From Callorhinchus milii (Eukaryota), in assembly GCF_018977255.1 (NCBI RefSeq), contig NW_024704742.1:109432001-109496000 (forward strand): DNA of 64,000 nt. Reading direction: 5' to 3'. Shown piece after piece: positions 27,231-40,669 of the stretch. The translations under genes and the position numbers were made by a program. Below the pieces are notes generated by a model. It worked only from the letters and a program-made list of their open reading frames with translations, was not told the origin of the DNA and made no database searches. Position 1 is the first letter of the stretch; each line of letters begins with the position of its first letter.

Positions 27231-30200
27231 TCAATATCAGACTGTGTTCAAATTCACCCAGTCACTGTCATAAATCACATATTGCTATCACACAATTCAA
27301 TACAGTAAGGAAGGGATCCAATACAATCATTGCCTCAAGTTTAGTTAAGTACATTCGTTTTCTATGAAAAATATTATCTTACAGTTTGAAATCATTACCT
27401 TTTTAAAAAAACTTCATCCACTGTTCATCTGGAATCGCTGGTCATGATAACTTGATCAATCTCTCTCTCTCTCCCTGACCCGTGAGGTTGCAAATTGCCA
27501 GGATCATACACAGTTAGTCTCTGAACTCCAATGCACAGTGATCAGAAACAGTTGCAATCTCACTGAGAATCTAAACTTCCTTTTGTTGATGCCATTGAAT
27601 TTCATTACAGTTGGATTCTTCTTCTTAGACCTACCTGTGGCACTATCAGCTCTGTTGAATACCCAGATTACCTTGCTAAGCTACCTAAAACCTTCAATCT
27701 TTGTGTCTGTCCACATTCTTTCTCATTGGGCAAGGCATCAACACAAAACTGTGGACCATGTACTTCCAAGCATAGCTATAACAGAAAACTGGTGTTTACA
27801 TAAATTGGTCTTAACCTTTTTACAACATTGATCTCTAACCACACGTGACTCTCATTATTTGCACATTATGAAATGTTGGGCCTTGGATGTTTCTATTTAG
27901 TATCATGTTTGGTGTGCAGGTTGAGTTTAGTGAGTTGCAGTGGTTTTGTTTGACACGTTAGGGTCCAAGCTGAAGAGAGATGAAGTGTATGTGGTTTATG
28001 GAACAACAATCACGATTATGCCCAGAGGTATGACATCAAGACCAAACACAAAATGTTTTCAGTTAAGATGCTGTTCAAATAAGGTTGTAATTGTGATTGG
28101 AAGTCAAGAAAATCGTGAAACATAGAGGTGAGTTTGCACTATTTCTTAACATGATTTCTTAATTAAGAGATCTGAAAGTGCATGAAGCAAACTTAGGAAT
28201 GCTGCTCCATCTCAATTTCTTTTTGGAATGGGGGATTTACTTACTTACAGATTTTTGGTTAAGAAATGTTGCAAAATTGACCGCAATATCCTTCTCTCGA
28301 AAACGCTTCTTCTTTAAGACTTATAAGTTCACAAGGAGAGAGGTGAAAAAAATCTATGCTTTTACCTAAGTAGCAGATAATATTTGTTGATGAATTATGA
28401 TTAATTAATTGCACAAGTTGCAATTTAATTTTAGCTGTTTTAAAACAGTAGTGTGTCCAATAATTCAGTTATTCCCCAGCCTATAACCTGTCAGAACATC
28501 ATTACCTCATTATATTGACTAGTTTGAGGTGCAAATGGAACAGTATTTTCCTAGAGATTCCTGATGCAGGTTTTACTTGAGATATAAATACTCTATGTCC
28601 AAACTGCAAATATTGAACAGGATACTGGATAGCCACATTCTGCTCCACGAGGATCAGTGTTGCTGTTAGCTGTGAGATAATTGTTCAGTAATTGTGGTGT
28701 GAATCCAGATATGTGTATTTTATTTATTTTTTTACTAAAAGAGTTTTCACCATCTGCCACAAAAAAAATCATTTTGTGCCATTAAAATTGTGTTACTGAT
28801 CTATTCTTACTTGTTCAGGTCAATTGAATACCTGATAGTATTTCAATAGTGGTTTTAGTTACACAGATCTGTGTGTGCATGTTCTTTAACGATGTTGTTT
28901 TCTGCAATTTAAGTCCTGGTGTTGGCTGGAAACAATAAAGAAACTGATACTGAGTGCATCTGTCCACCTAGCCATTTCTGGAATCAATAGCCTGGAGGCC
29001 GTGCTTTTATAACTGAAGGACCTAACTTTGGCTGATCACTGAAGCGATCTTTTCATGTGTTTTCACATTGGGAAATCCGATTATTTTAGCGATCAACGTA
29101 AAATAGTCCTCAGCGTATCCAATATTCAGTCAACTTTATTTAAACCTATTAAATTCATTGTTTCCTTCTTAGTACTTACATTTACTAAGTTGAGGTGTGA
29201 ACAGTTGCAAGTGTAGACTATTCCTATTCCTGGTAAACTTGCTGAAAAAGGGGAAGTAGCCCCCATTGCCTCTAAATACTGACCAAGAGTTTGATTGTTC
29301 AATCAAAAATATTAGCCTTTTATAATTACAGTACTAAATCATTTTTGGATCATCCCTTTATTGCTATTCTAGTGGTAATGCTTTTATTTGTTTCATAAAA
29401 TGCCTTTCCCCATCTTGTCTTATTTTCTCCTGTTTTGTAAAGTCGACTCCCAGTGACCACTCTGGCTAAAGGAAGGGCAGGCACTTGGTTCCCAGGTCAA
29501 TGCCAGATGTCACTGTAGGTGTTTGGGACTGAATGCTCATGTGCATCAATCATTTAGGTTGTTCTCAACTTGTAATTTTCTTTCTGGAGTTCATCTATAC
29601 TCAGCATATCCATAGATTGAGGTGGCAACATGTGTGTCGGGGATAGGAAAAGGGAAAAGGATTTCCAGGCTGTGAGCGTTTCAATGGTGCAGTTCAATTA
29701 TGTATCAATATTCCATATTTGGTCCATATCGTACAGTATAAAAATCACCTAGCAGTTACAGTGATGACTTCTCAGACAGATCGTCCCAGATTCAGGTGCC
29801 AGGCCTGTTGGACACACATGGAATGAGTTTCCTCAATGTGCAGCTGGGCTGTAGAGCAGAACAATTCCACCTCAGGGAAAAATACTAAAATTGTCTGGTC
29901 ACATAGCTCAAAGCCCTTCTCATCAGCCATCAGTCATTTGAAGATTTCACTCATAGCTTGTTAAGAAACGGTAGGTTTTGTGCTGCATTAATATTGACTC
30001 AATTGCACCACAGCCTTGTCTGGTTCACCATCAAACGAGAGCAACAACTGAGGAAGTACTGCGGGATTCTCCAGTGACTGAGCATGCCAGGAAAATCTTT
30101 AAACAAGCAGTGACTCCCCTTTAATATTACTCATATTATCTTTAACTCAAATGAAACATCCTATAACACACAATGAACTGTAATTTGCAAGATTCGCAAA

Positions 30201-30264
30201 AGCAGATCCTGTTGTATCATAGTCAGCCCTCTGAATTGTATTGTATAAAGCACTTTATACAATA

Positions 30265-30520
30265 CAAAATTACATTTGTGTAGCGCCTTTCATGATAGGA
30301 GGACGTCCCAAGATTCTTTATAGAGCCAAAGTGGAAATCCAAGCAAGGTTGGAAGTAGTGGGGAAGGAGAAAGCTGACCAAAGTAGGGGCAAAATGGTAA
30401 AGAGAGATGGGAACTGTGAGGCAGAGTGAGCTTTGGAAAGGAATTCCAGAGAGCATGGCCTAGTGATATGAAAGCTCAGATGTCAATAGTAAGACTGAGT
30501 TCAAGAGGATCAGCTGAAAC
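30265..30520 (-). mobile_element. L2-type 3' end with shared tail
   Basis: tacatttgtgtagcgcctttcatgataggaggacgtcccaag (reversed tail) followed by ggaaaggaattccagagagcatggcc. Confidence 0.6.
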
Positions 30521-31056
30521 ACATCCAGGATTTGCTATGTACAGAACATTTTGCAAATCTTGCAAATTAGACCCTTGGAGGCCCAGGGACTTAAAAGACA
30601 TGTTGTTTTGGTCTCCACAGCACAGAGTTCTTGAATGTCACTAATAATCAGAATAAGGGAAAATTGCAACGACAGTTACTCACAGGCTTCTTTTATGCAT
30701 TTCCCAGTTTCAGAGTAGCATTGGCAGGAGGTCATTTTCCTGTATTTTTGGCAAGAAATGATGCATAGCATTGAGCAGGGGAATAATAACTAATGTTCTT
30801 TAAATATAATTTTTCAGAGTTCCTGTGGCTTTACAGCAGTTCAGGCAGGATGTTGTGCCCCAGTTTTCTTGCTTTCATCTTCCTTTCTCATTGTCAAGGT
30901 CCTTGAAAGAGAGGTTAAAATTATATATATAACCAGTGTTATTTAAAAGGCACGTTTTTGTAACCTAAATACTGTGGAATCCAAGTGACAGAGTAGTATA
31001 GTGGTTCCTGTTCTTTCTCGATGACTGTTTCACTTTCTTTTTTTCCCTCTCAACAG

Positions 31057-31116
31057 CAAGAATTAGAGGAGAACTTGATGGAGTATGAGGAAGATGATGG
31101 TGTCAAAGTTGACAAG
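31057..31116 (+). CDS. MCTP1: MCTP1-like internal exon, 60 bp, phase 0/0: QELEENLMEYEEDDGVKVDK (acidic linker)
   Basis: Strong polypyrimidine tract tttctttttttccctctcaacag| and donor AAG|gtaatt. Acidic peptide ending DK, like the MCTP1 EDEEEEDDKDDK linker; joins the neighbouring exons in frame. Confidence 0.88.
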
Positions 31117-31846
31117 GTAATTATCTTTGGTGCACTTTTCCTTTCCCTCAGGTATCAGTGGCTGTTGTTTTTAGACCTGACTGGGTCCTGCAGACCAGAA
31201 AGACTTAGTTGAAGAGTTTGAGTGGAGATAATTGGACAGAGCTGTTTATCATCCTAACAACTAGTGTACATTGGGAAAGGGGAATGCCAGCAATAAATCC
31301 TATTCTTTGGCCTGTGACTGGGTTAGACATTTTTTTTGCATGTGTATGTGTGCATACATCAAGCATTAAAAAGTAAATCGGCATGCCTTGCACATTGTGA
31401 ATTTGGTAAGATCACTGCAGTGAAAGGTTTCTGAAGGACAATTCAGATTTTTAGAATTGTTGCTGTACTTCCTGGAATGACAAGAATACAAGGTTCATCC
31501 GATGTCTTCATCAGAGTAATATCTTTCACTTCAGAGTGAAAAACAGCATTTATATTTTCAGTTCTGAATCGCTCTTGCCAGGCGATAAGCTCTGAGAATG
31601 AGCATCAAACGCTTGTGCAACTCTCTGTACACTGATGCCAAACACCAGTTACATTTTTAATGGTATTAAAGAGTCAAGAACGCTTTGGAATTTTGTAGGT
31701 GAAACCATATTCAGCAGAATTGCATCCATGCAATTCTGAAACTACCTCCTAGAGCTCCTGGTGGGAGCGAGGCTCAAGGTCAAATTGATGTACTTTCAGT
31801 GATGATTCACTGGGAATATTTTCTTGATTTAACACTGTATGTATTA

Positions 31847-32139
31847 CAGGCCAATCCAGTTCCAACATGGTAGTTTGTGTCTATAAGCCTAGATCCCGGG
31901 TATAATGAGGAGTGTAAAAATGGCCGCCTGGTTGTCAGGTGCTGCTGATGTCACTTCCTGCGTATAACAAGCAATACACAACACACAGGAAATGATGTCA
32001 ATGGCACTTGCTGAGGATAAAGGCGTGCATGTTGTGCACAGGAAGCCAGCGAGTCAACGTCAGAAGTGTATAGTCCACAATATATCTAAGCTATGAAAGG
32101 AGCAGTGCTGACAGTGAATGTTATAACAAGATTGGTGCG
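31847..32139. mobile_element. Old Tigger/pogo-like MITE
   Basis: TA-flanked imperfect TIRs caggccaatccagttccaacat / atgttataacaagattggtgcg; internal IR tgatgtcacttcctg / caggaaatgatgtca. Confidence 0.5.
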
Positions 32140-35100
32140 TATATAAATAGTTAGATTCATTGAAATTGAACATTACAAAGGAATCAGCTATTAAACTTCA
32201 GATAAAAGTCCACCTGCCTTTCAAGGTGCATGTAAAAGAGCTCTTGACATTATTTGAAAAGAGAAGCACCAGAACATACAGAACTTTCTTTTCTGTTTAC
32301 GTCTTTTTGCCACATTTATGATGATTTTCATAAAATCCATGTTACTGTAGTGTTTTTAAACTGCTTTTACTACTTGCAGAAAATCACAACTGGGGAATCT
32401 TACCTTTGATAGCATAAAGGGAAGAATGTGTGTGTAGTCAGTTTTTAGTCAGTAGATTAAACTTGGATCCAGTAATAAACAATTTTATTCTTATTTAAGT
32501 TAATAATAACCTACAGTAACAAAAGAAGAATGCAACAAAGAAATATATAAACTAGTGGAGAGGGCAGAGTCATCACAAAGTGATAAAGTTCACTCTTTTT
32601 TTTACTTATTTCAATAATTATATATGGATTATATATTACACACAGTTTGGGATTGAAAAAGTGCTCAGGAAAATGGTAGCGTGGCTGTAACTTGACTACT
32701 GGAAAAGCCTTGTAAACCGTATGTATAATACGTTCACTTGCAAAACCTCAGCTGCGACTTAAGATAACCTTGGAACCAGGATCTAGTGAGTTGGTATAAT
32801 GTATATTGGTTCCCTGCTGGAGATGCAGTTTACCTTGCGAGGCAGTTTTTCAAGTGGCAAAGCTGGACATTAGCAGCATTCCCACTTTCCCCGAGTTCCT
32901 TTCCAACCGCATAATTTTGCAGAAGCAGTAACTTATAATAGACTCTTTGCACTTCCAACATGCTTCAATTCCTTAAGTACTCTGTGACGCCACCTGTGTG
33001 AAGGGCACTATACAAATGCAAGTTGTTGTTTTGCTGTTAAGCACTCCTGTTCAGAAATGTGTTCATTCTATTTCTCTGATATATAAGGAATGGGTTGGAT
33101 GCCAACTACCATATTCTCCAGTTTCAGTGGAAAGATAATATATTGGAACATCTTAAGTCAGTTGTAATTGTGGTTGATACTGAGGCAAATATATAATTAG
33201 ACGGCAAGTAATAGTGTGTGTTCTGCAGCAGAAAGGTATTCTGATGGGTCAGCCAGAAGTCAAACCTTTTGTTTTGGTATTGGCTGTTTTTCTACTCCAT
33301 CAAGTGCAGACGGTAGCAGTCTGATACTGCCTCTTCAAGGTGATCTGGTTATTTGAATTGAGTTCATTAAAACTGCAGTTATACTGTAAAAGAGGTGCTG
33401 GTTCAACACAAAACATTGAATCAAACTGATCTCATCTCCTGAGATTAACGGGTCTAAGGTTGTAGCAAATGTTGTCACTCAATGCATATTCTCAAGTAAA
33501 TAACATTTCTATTACCAAGATATTTATTGTGCAGGGCTATCCCTGTCAAAATTGTATTAAGGGAATAATGGGCACCACAGCGTGATTATGAAGAGTTCCA
33601 AAGTCAACCATTTGTAACAGTGTATGAACCTGATTATATTATAACCTGCACATCCTCCAGGGTCTGTCACTTTATTTAGGATAAACACTTGAGCCTCACG
33701 GGATATATTTTTGGTCCTTTTTTTCCCCAATAAAAATGTTCAGTGTATCAAGCAAATGTGGACCAGGTGATCCATTTAATGGAATAATCTGTTTTAATCA
33801 CTAGAAATATGTCAAATAAATAATTTTGGCTGATTCCTGAACCAGAGAGTACATTGAATATATCAATATTTAAATAGCCACCAGTGGACATTCTACACTG
33901 TAGCAGCAGGTTGATTTCACAAGTCTGCCAAAATGACCAAACAAGGTACCGTGAGCAGTAGGTTGTAACTTTTTGTCCGTGATCGAATTAATCGTGTGAA
34001 ATACCAAGTAGTCCCAGTTGGAACAGAAGGAATTATTGAAACTTCTGTGGCACAGGTAATTTCTTCTGACCTTATTAGCATTCCCTGGCCAGCAGCAGCA
34101 AAATGAAATGGAAATTGTGCATTGCTGCTATTCTATTCTCTTCAAAACCAGCGACACACATTAAAGCTCCAAAACACTTGCACTAGAATGCAATCAAAAG
34201 TGCCCTTGGTTCTGAAATGCAGTAAAAGGAAAGCTCTGTTCTCCTGTACGTCTCTTCCTCTCATCACACTCTGGTCATTGCTCGTTCCTCACGTACCTCA
34301 TCCTGCCATCAGTCGTGAAGCCTTCAGCCATTCTCTGTAACTCACAAAATCACTTTGCCTTGCCGTTCTATCCCTTCTTTCAAAACCTTCAACGAATACT
34401 ACCTCTCTTTAACTGTGCCTTTGCTCAATACCCTGAAATTTTCTCTCCTTTTCTCCCAGATCAGTAATCCATATTTATTTGTGAAGTGCTTCAAGACTTT
34501 CATCCTACTACAGAAGAACAAGTTGTTTAAAGTAAATTGAGAATCTCCAGAAAAGTGAGATGTATTAAATTGAGGACTGAAGTATAAATTCAGAACATAA
34601 GATGGACGCGAATAGCACTCCTTCTTTTCCTTATTCTCAACCACTGCACAATCCCTTTTTTCATTCCTTCCAAGTAATGGAGAATTTATTGTTTCACTCA
34701 CTTAAGTGAATATCTTTTTTATATGTAGTAGTGCTTTGGGACATCCTCCCAACGTGAAAGGTGCTCTATAAGTGTAATTTTGTTGTTGTTGTAGTATTAT
34801 TATCAATGAAACTCTTAAAATGTCTGTGCAGGACTTGTAGGGTATGTGGGGCACATAGTATGGAAACCAAAAATGGATTTCTAAAGGCAGGGCTTATTCA
34901 TAATGATCTAATGCAATGGTCAGATTAAAGGATTTGATATTTTCTCTCCAGGGGGATTCTTTTCCTTTTTGCAGCCTTTATGTTTTCTTCTAGGTTCACA
35001 ATAAATTGAAGTTCACTGTGCAACAAATTTGCCTGTTCTCGTGCTAGCAGGTAGAAACTCTTTTTCATTACTGCTCTGTTTGTTCATGCTGAAAAATATT

Positions 35101-35804
35101 AAGGCCAGGTCAGAGGCATTTTAGAAGATGAAAGTAAAAGATTAATAAATGTGCCAAAGCCTCATTCTAATTGAAACCGAAGCATATGTTGCAAGTATGT
35201 GAAATATGTCCCAGATGTTTAACCTCAGCCTGTACCTCTGCTTTCCCTGTGCAGCACAAGGCACCCATTAGTCCTGTAACCTTTGTACTCAGGACTAAAT
35301 GGGGTATTACATGGCACAAAACTCACACACCTGTTTTCCATTCAATAAGGACCCCTCACGGGCATCACATAAGCTCCTGCATGTGTTTTCACTTAGCAGA
35401 TCATTGGGCGATTGTGAAAAGTGTCTTTCTTGGAGCCAATGTAGATATTAGTCACTTAGTCACAATGAAAGGGCAAGTCAGCGGTTAATTGTTCAGAGCT
35501 GTGAGTCTGTAAACTATAGCAGGTAACTGAAAAGAGTCCTTGTTTTTGAGAGAACTGCAAAGGCTTTGGATTGGCTTGAATTTATAGCTGCTGGAGTTAA
35601 AAAAAAAAGACCTGCTCGAGTTAGTAGTAACAGAAAATAATATAATTGTATTAATGGTTCTAATCGCTTAGAGAATAATTTTTTTTATTTTGGGGGGATG
35701 TAAAATAATTATCACCTTACATCCCACTGAAATTTTGTTATGGTTGCAATGTATTGGATTTGTTACATGTAAGAATGTAAGATAAGCTTCCAGTAGATTG
35801 GTTT

Positions 35805-36025
35805 TATACATCCTTACTGGAAAGTGATCTTGTGTAGACAGAGTTGAGAACAGGATCGGACTCAGCTGTTATGCCCTCAAAATTGAATTGTCTGCCGACA
35901 CTCACTGTCTAGGCTCAGATATGAGAAAAGATCCATTGGTGAGATGCCAGAGAGCGTCTGACATGCATAGAACCTAACCCCAGCCTGAGCTAGTGTCTTC
36001 AGTAGAGGAGGAGGAAGGGAGAATT
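35805..36025 (+). repeat. Old interspersed repeat (SINE-like; family not named)
   Basis: acaggatcggactcagctgttatgccctc recurs as acaggataagcctcagctgtaatgcctc (48015-48042); ccattggtgagatgccagag resembles ccacttggctgaggtaccagag (about 41383-41404). Confidence 0.5.
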
Positions 36026-36078
36026 GACCTTACATCCACTTGTTAAAGGTTGTGGTTTATACATACATCCTACATCGT

Positions 36079-36400
36079 GTAGTCCTGTAGCTCAGTGGTT
36101 AGAGCACTCGCTTTGCAAGCGAGAGACCTGAGTTCAATTCCAGGCAGGTCAGGGCGAAACCTTGGGCAAGTTTCCTTACTCCACACGCCTAATAATAATC
36201 CCTCCAAAAACCAAAAACAATAATAAATTGGTCATTTTCAATCTACGACTGTTTGTGGGACATTGCTGTGTGCAATTGGCTGCCGCGTTCGCCCACAAAT
36301 ATACAGTCAATTCACTTTACAGTTTGTTCTGTGAAGCGCTTTGGGACGTCCTCCCGACGTGAAAAGCGCGATATCAAATGCAAGGATTATTATTAGTATT
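36079..36400 (+). mobile_element. Full-length tRNA(Ala)-derived SINE, short subfamily
   Basis: Near-identical to 21226-21547; imperfect flanking repeat tacatacatcc/tacatacctcc. Confidence 0.92.
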
Positions 36401-37754
36401 ACATACCTCCAGTGTCACTCTTACCTACTTAGAGTCCTGAGGCATATTTAATGCTTCAACTTCTGCTTCAGCTGAGATTGACTAACTCCCAATGTGAAAG
36501 TTGCTACATAAATGTAAAATTGTTGGTGGTGTTGTAAATCAAACCTACAATCTTCTAGTCGATATGAGTAATTTTTTTTGCTGTACCAGAGGCTTACTGC
36601 TTTGGTAACTGGAAGTTCATAGTTCCAACCTGTGGAACTCCGTTTACCTGTAGTGGATCAAATTAGAGTCAAGTTCTGTGATTTGGCAAAATGTACTTCT
36701 AGTTACTGGTAGGAAGTAGCTATGAATCGTTGTATATTAGACACTTGTTTGGTGTCGTGCTCTACTGGGGAGAGTGTTTACCCACTAAACCATCAGAGAA
36801 GCAAGAGGAGTATTCTTCTAAAACTAATTTTTTAAAAAATCAAGAGAAATAATAATCAAGAACAATGCCCCCATTTGTAAAACCCTTATGCCTTGACTCA
36901 TAGTATGAATGGTACAATATCTATTGCCATGTCATCAGTCTACAACTGCTGAGTGGAAACAACTGTCATTCAAACTCCATTCAAAAATATTTAGCTTTGT
37001 ACTTGGAGGTTTAAATAATTTGAATAATATGTTTTACTTACTGATTAATGAATTGGAATGGGGTTCTAATGACAATAACACACTCGAAGGATATATTAGG
37101 CATTTTACTGGTTCTGTAGCACATTTCTATGGGATACATCAACATTATAAATTATAGCCTATATATAATTCACTGTGACTGTTAGGTGATGAAATAAATG
37201 GTATTCGTGTGTTATGAGAGAAATTCTGCTGCTAGAGAATTAACCTGACCACAGCCACTTGACTGATTTTTATACGCAAAGTCTCAGGAACACAGAATGA
37301 ATACTCTTCCTGTTGAATGGGTCTGACTACATAGGACAAAATTGAAAACATGCAATTTTTTTCTGATTATGTTCTTGAGGTATATAAATGATTTATTATC
37401 AAAGTGTTCAAACATTAGCACTGTCATGGGATCAAATATTATTTGTTGGTTTTAGACTAGTTCCTCATTTCCACTGAGTACCTGACAGAGTCCAGAAATG
37501 AGGTCCAATAAGCAACGTGGATAAGACGTTTAGAGGCCCCATGAGACATGAGGAAAGGAATAGGTACACATGATAGTGGGGCCATGTTTATTAAATAATA
37601 CATAATAATACAGTAATAATATTACACAGGACACTATTAATAGCTATTAAATTATAGACATCTCAAAGACGTGATAAGGTGCTACATCAAATGCAAGGAT
37701 TATTATACTACAGTGCACCTTACCAGGGGAGAGTGCTGGGTGAATTCAACAACA

Positions 37755-38065
37755 GTAATTTACATTTATATAGTGCCTTTCAAGTTAGAAGGATGTCTCA
37801 AAGGGGACTTTACACAGCTGACTGGGAGCCCATTTGGGGGTAGAAGGAGTGGAGGGAGCTGAAGAGGGTGGATGAGGTGGTAAAAGGTGATAGTCGAAAA
37901 CAAAAATGCAGCTGAAAAGATGGATCTTTGGGTGGGCTTTAAAGGTGGGAAGGGCGAAGCAGAGGGACTTTGGATGGCGTTCTAAAGAGTGGGAGAAGGA
38001 TAGCTGAAAGTTTGCCCATCAAAGGTGGGCAAATCGGGTGGGGAGACACGAAGCAAGCTGACTCC
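37755..38065 (-). mobile_element. L2-type 3' end with shared tail
   Basis: Purine-rich segment similar to 14880-15030 (aagcaagctga, gctgaaagtttgccc), preceded by the reversed tail. Confidence 0.6.
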
Positions 38066-38188
38066 AATTAAAATAAGATGTTTCAGACTCTCCATCAAGT
38101 AGGGTAGCAAAGTCCACAATTCTAGTACTTCTGCCCTTGCACAATTTGTAGTTAACAAAAGAAAACCGAAATGAGTAACATCTCATAT

Positions 38189-38498
38189 GGAGTCCTGTAG
38201 CTCAGTGGATAGAGCACTCGCCTTGCAAGTAAGAGACCTGGGTTCAATTCCCAGCAGGGTGAAACCTTGGGCAAGTTTCCTTACTCCACACGCCTGATAA
38301 TAATCCCTCAAGAAAAAGACAATAATAATTTGGTCACTCAATCCACGGCTGTTTGTGGGACACTGCTGTGCGCAATTGGCTCCTGCATTTCGCCCACAAA
38401 TATACAGTCAATTCACTTTACAGTATATTCTGTAAAGCGCTTTGAGACGTCTAGAAGATGTGAAAAGCGCAATATCAAATGCAATGATTATTAATATT
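38189..38498 (+). mobile_element. Full-length tRNA(Ala)-derived SINE with 9-bp TSD
   Basis: Same family; perfect TSD atctcatat at 38180-38188 and 38499-38507. Confidence 0.93.
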
Positions 38499-39568
38499 AT
38501 CTCATATACAAAACAACTATTATCTTTCCAGCCTTTTGAGAGCTTGATTTCAATGCAGTACAAGCCTATGAAAAATAAAAAAGTTCCACACAATATTCCA
38601 GTCACATACTTTCTAAACTGCCATGGTATAAATTTTTAAAGATGAGAGCTATACAAGGCCGGAAGAGTACACTGAACATTACAGGCATGGGTTAGGCATT
38701 GAGCATGTTTTCCACAGACTGAAACAAGTCAGAATAAACTGCTGCAATCTGCAGTGCTGTACCCCCACATCTCATGAACACAAAGATTCTGATAAAAGGA
38801 AAGAAGGAATATATCTGACTATCCCCCCGCCTTCCCCCTTGTTTAGCTATCTTTAAATCCCTCATCAAGACTTACACTTACTTCAGTACACCCATATGGG
38901 GGTCAGCTCTCAAGGACTAAGCCATTAGATCCAAGAGAGACCCTTTACACTAGTTCCTAAGAACACCCTTTAATCTATTTCATGTCATCCTCTAGAGCTT
39001 ATTCCTACTTGTGGGCTGACAATGCTTCTCACTGAAGTAATTTAAGAGGGATACGCCCATCTGAATCTAAGGGTATGGAAGGTGGCCAAATCTGAACAAA
39101 TAACCTACTTCATGAAACTAAATCTCAGAAAAGATGATTTCTAAATCCCAAGTTTATTGGGGCGTGGTCTCTTGGCAACTTCCAACAGCTAACAACAACG
39201 CTGACAGCAAAAAACAACTTACCCAAGTAGAAGGCCCCAACAGCATTTACTGCAGTCCATAAAGTGCGTTTTGTGAAGGAGAAATAACCAATAGATAAAG
39301 GAATGCTGCTGCAATCTACCCTCATACAGACCTAGCCCTAACGTGCTTTGTTAGGTAGAGTCCGGCAGTTATTTTAATAAAATAATAGTAGTAGAGTTGA
39401 AGATGCAAAGAGTATAGCATAACAGCTTCTCTTTAGAAACTACAGATCCAGGACCTGATTGAAGTGAAGTGATCATAATGTGTCCTGTAATAAAATGCAG
39501 TACAGTCTGTATCAAAACAGATGCCCTCAGACAGTAATAGGTCACTGTTGGTGTATAATCTTTGACAG

Positions 39569-40304
39569 AACCAACGCAGTGTTGCTTCAGGTGTAGCACA
39601 AAAGCCTTATGTAATGTCAGACTTACACAGATTCATGAAAGAAGTGAGTGCAGTTTGCCAAGTGCACTCAGAACAGCAAGACTCATAAATCAAAACTTTA
39701 AAACAGCACATTTATTGAGTGAGAAAATTGTGATATGCAATAAAAATACATTTTGAGGAACCTTACTGCATCTCTTATCTAAATTCGATGCTTTTGTAGG
39801 GTTGCTTTGATTTTAAAATATATCCACTCTGCACTTTAATTGACAAAACAGTGGGCTCACCAAGAGGGCCCCAGGCAAGATGACATTCAGGTGTGCAACA
39901 CAATTAAACTTGAGGAACTAATTGAAGCCAAATCTCAGTAAAATACCTTAAGATAACCCAGAAAATGTTACCGGGTGAAATAACATTTGACAGAACAACC
40001 CAAATGCCATAAAAGCAAAGATGCTCTTTAGAATTACGGGGTGATAATCATCACATCACTGAAATTTGTGTTCAGACCAGTCTATAGTTGCTGACTGGTG
40101 TGAATTCCCCTGTGACCTTGGTTAGACCCGAAAACTCTGTGAACCACCATTGGCACATGGAATGAAGCCGGTCTTTTTTTACTTCAAGGAATCTTGCTGT
40201 TCTGAGTGCACTTGGCAAACTGTACTCACTTCTTTCATGTATCTGTGTAAGTCTGACATTACATATGGCTTTTGTGCTACACTTGAAGCAACACTGCGTT
40301 GGTT
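39569..40304. repeat. 116-bp inverted repeat (39569-39684 / 40189-40304), 504-bp spacer
   Basis: Manual alignment: 5 mismatches, no gaps. Confidence 0.95.
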
Positions 40305-40493
40305 GGCTTAACGCAGTCAGACATCCCGTGATGCAGCACTCTGCTGGCGGCAATATCAATGGCAGTATCAATGGTGGCAGCCGGTGGTTTCAGACCCAAG
40401 CACTGTTCTGAGGGGAGGAGGGAATCCACACCCACATGTGGTCAGTTATTAACTGGTTTGACTGCCCTTTACATCTATGGAGTTTATCCTGTA

Positions 40494-40669
40494 GTCCTGG
40501 CCAACAATCCCCCAAATAAAATTGGTCACTCAGTCCATGCCTGTTTGTGGGACACTGCTATATGCAAATTGACTGCTGTGTTTACCCACAAAATACAATC
40601 AGTCATACCACTTTATAGTATATCCTGTGAAGCACTTTGATTAGGCACTATATCAAATAGAAGGATTAT
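40494..40669 (+). mobile_element. SINE/DeuSINE 3' half
   Basis: gtcctggccaacaatcccc...ttggtcactcagtcc...tgtttgtgggacactgct...tatcaaatagaaggattat. Confidence 0.78.

Noticed and set aside
31021..31212. 63-aa ORF as a standalone gene
   Set aside because: Only 31057-31116 is exon; the rest is splice signal and intron.
31490..31525. Minus-strand CTGATGA...GAAC hammerhead-like string
   Set aside because: Lacks GAAA and a proper stem II and stem I.
36162..38494. Near-identical ORFs MGKFPYSTRLIIIP... at 36162 and 38267
   Set aside because: Translations of two SINE copies.
39562..40371. Similar ORFs on opposite strands (PTQCCF..CNVRLTQIHERSE)
   Set aside because: By-product of the 116-bp inverted repeat.
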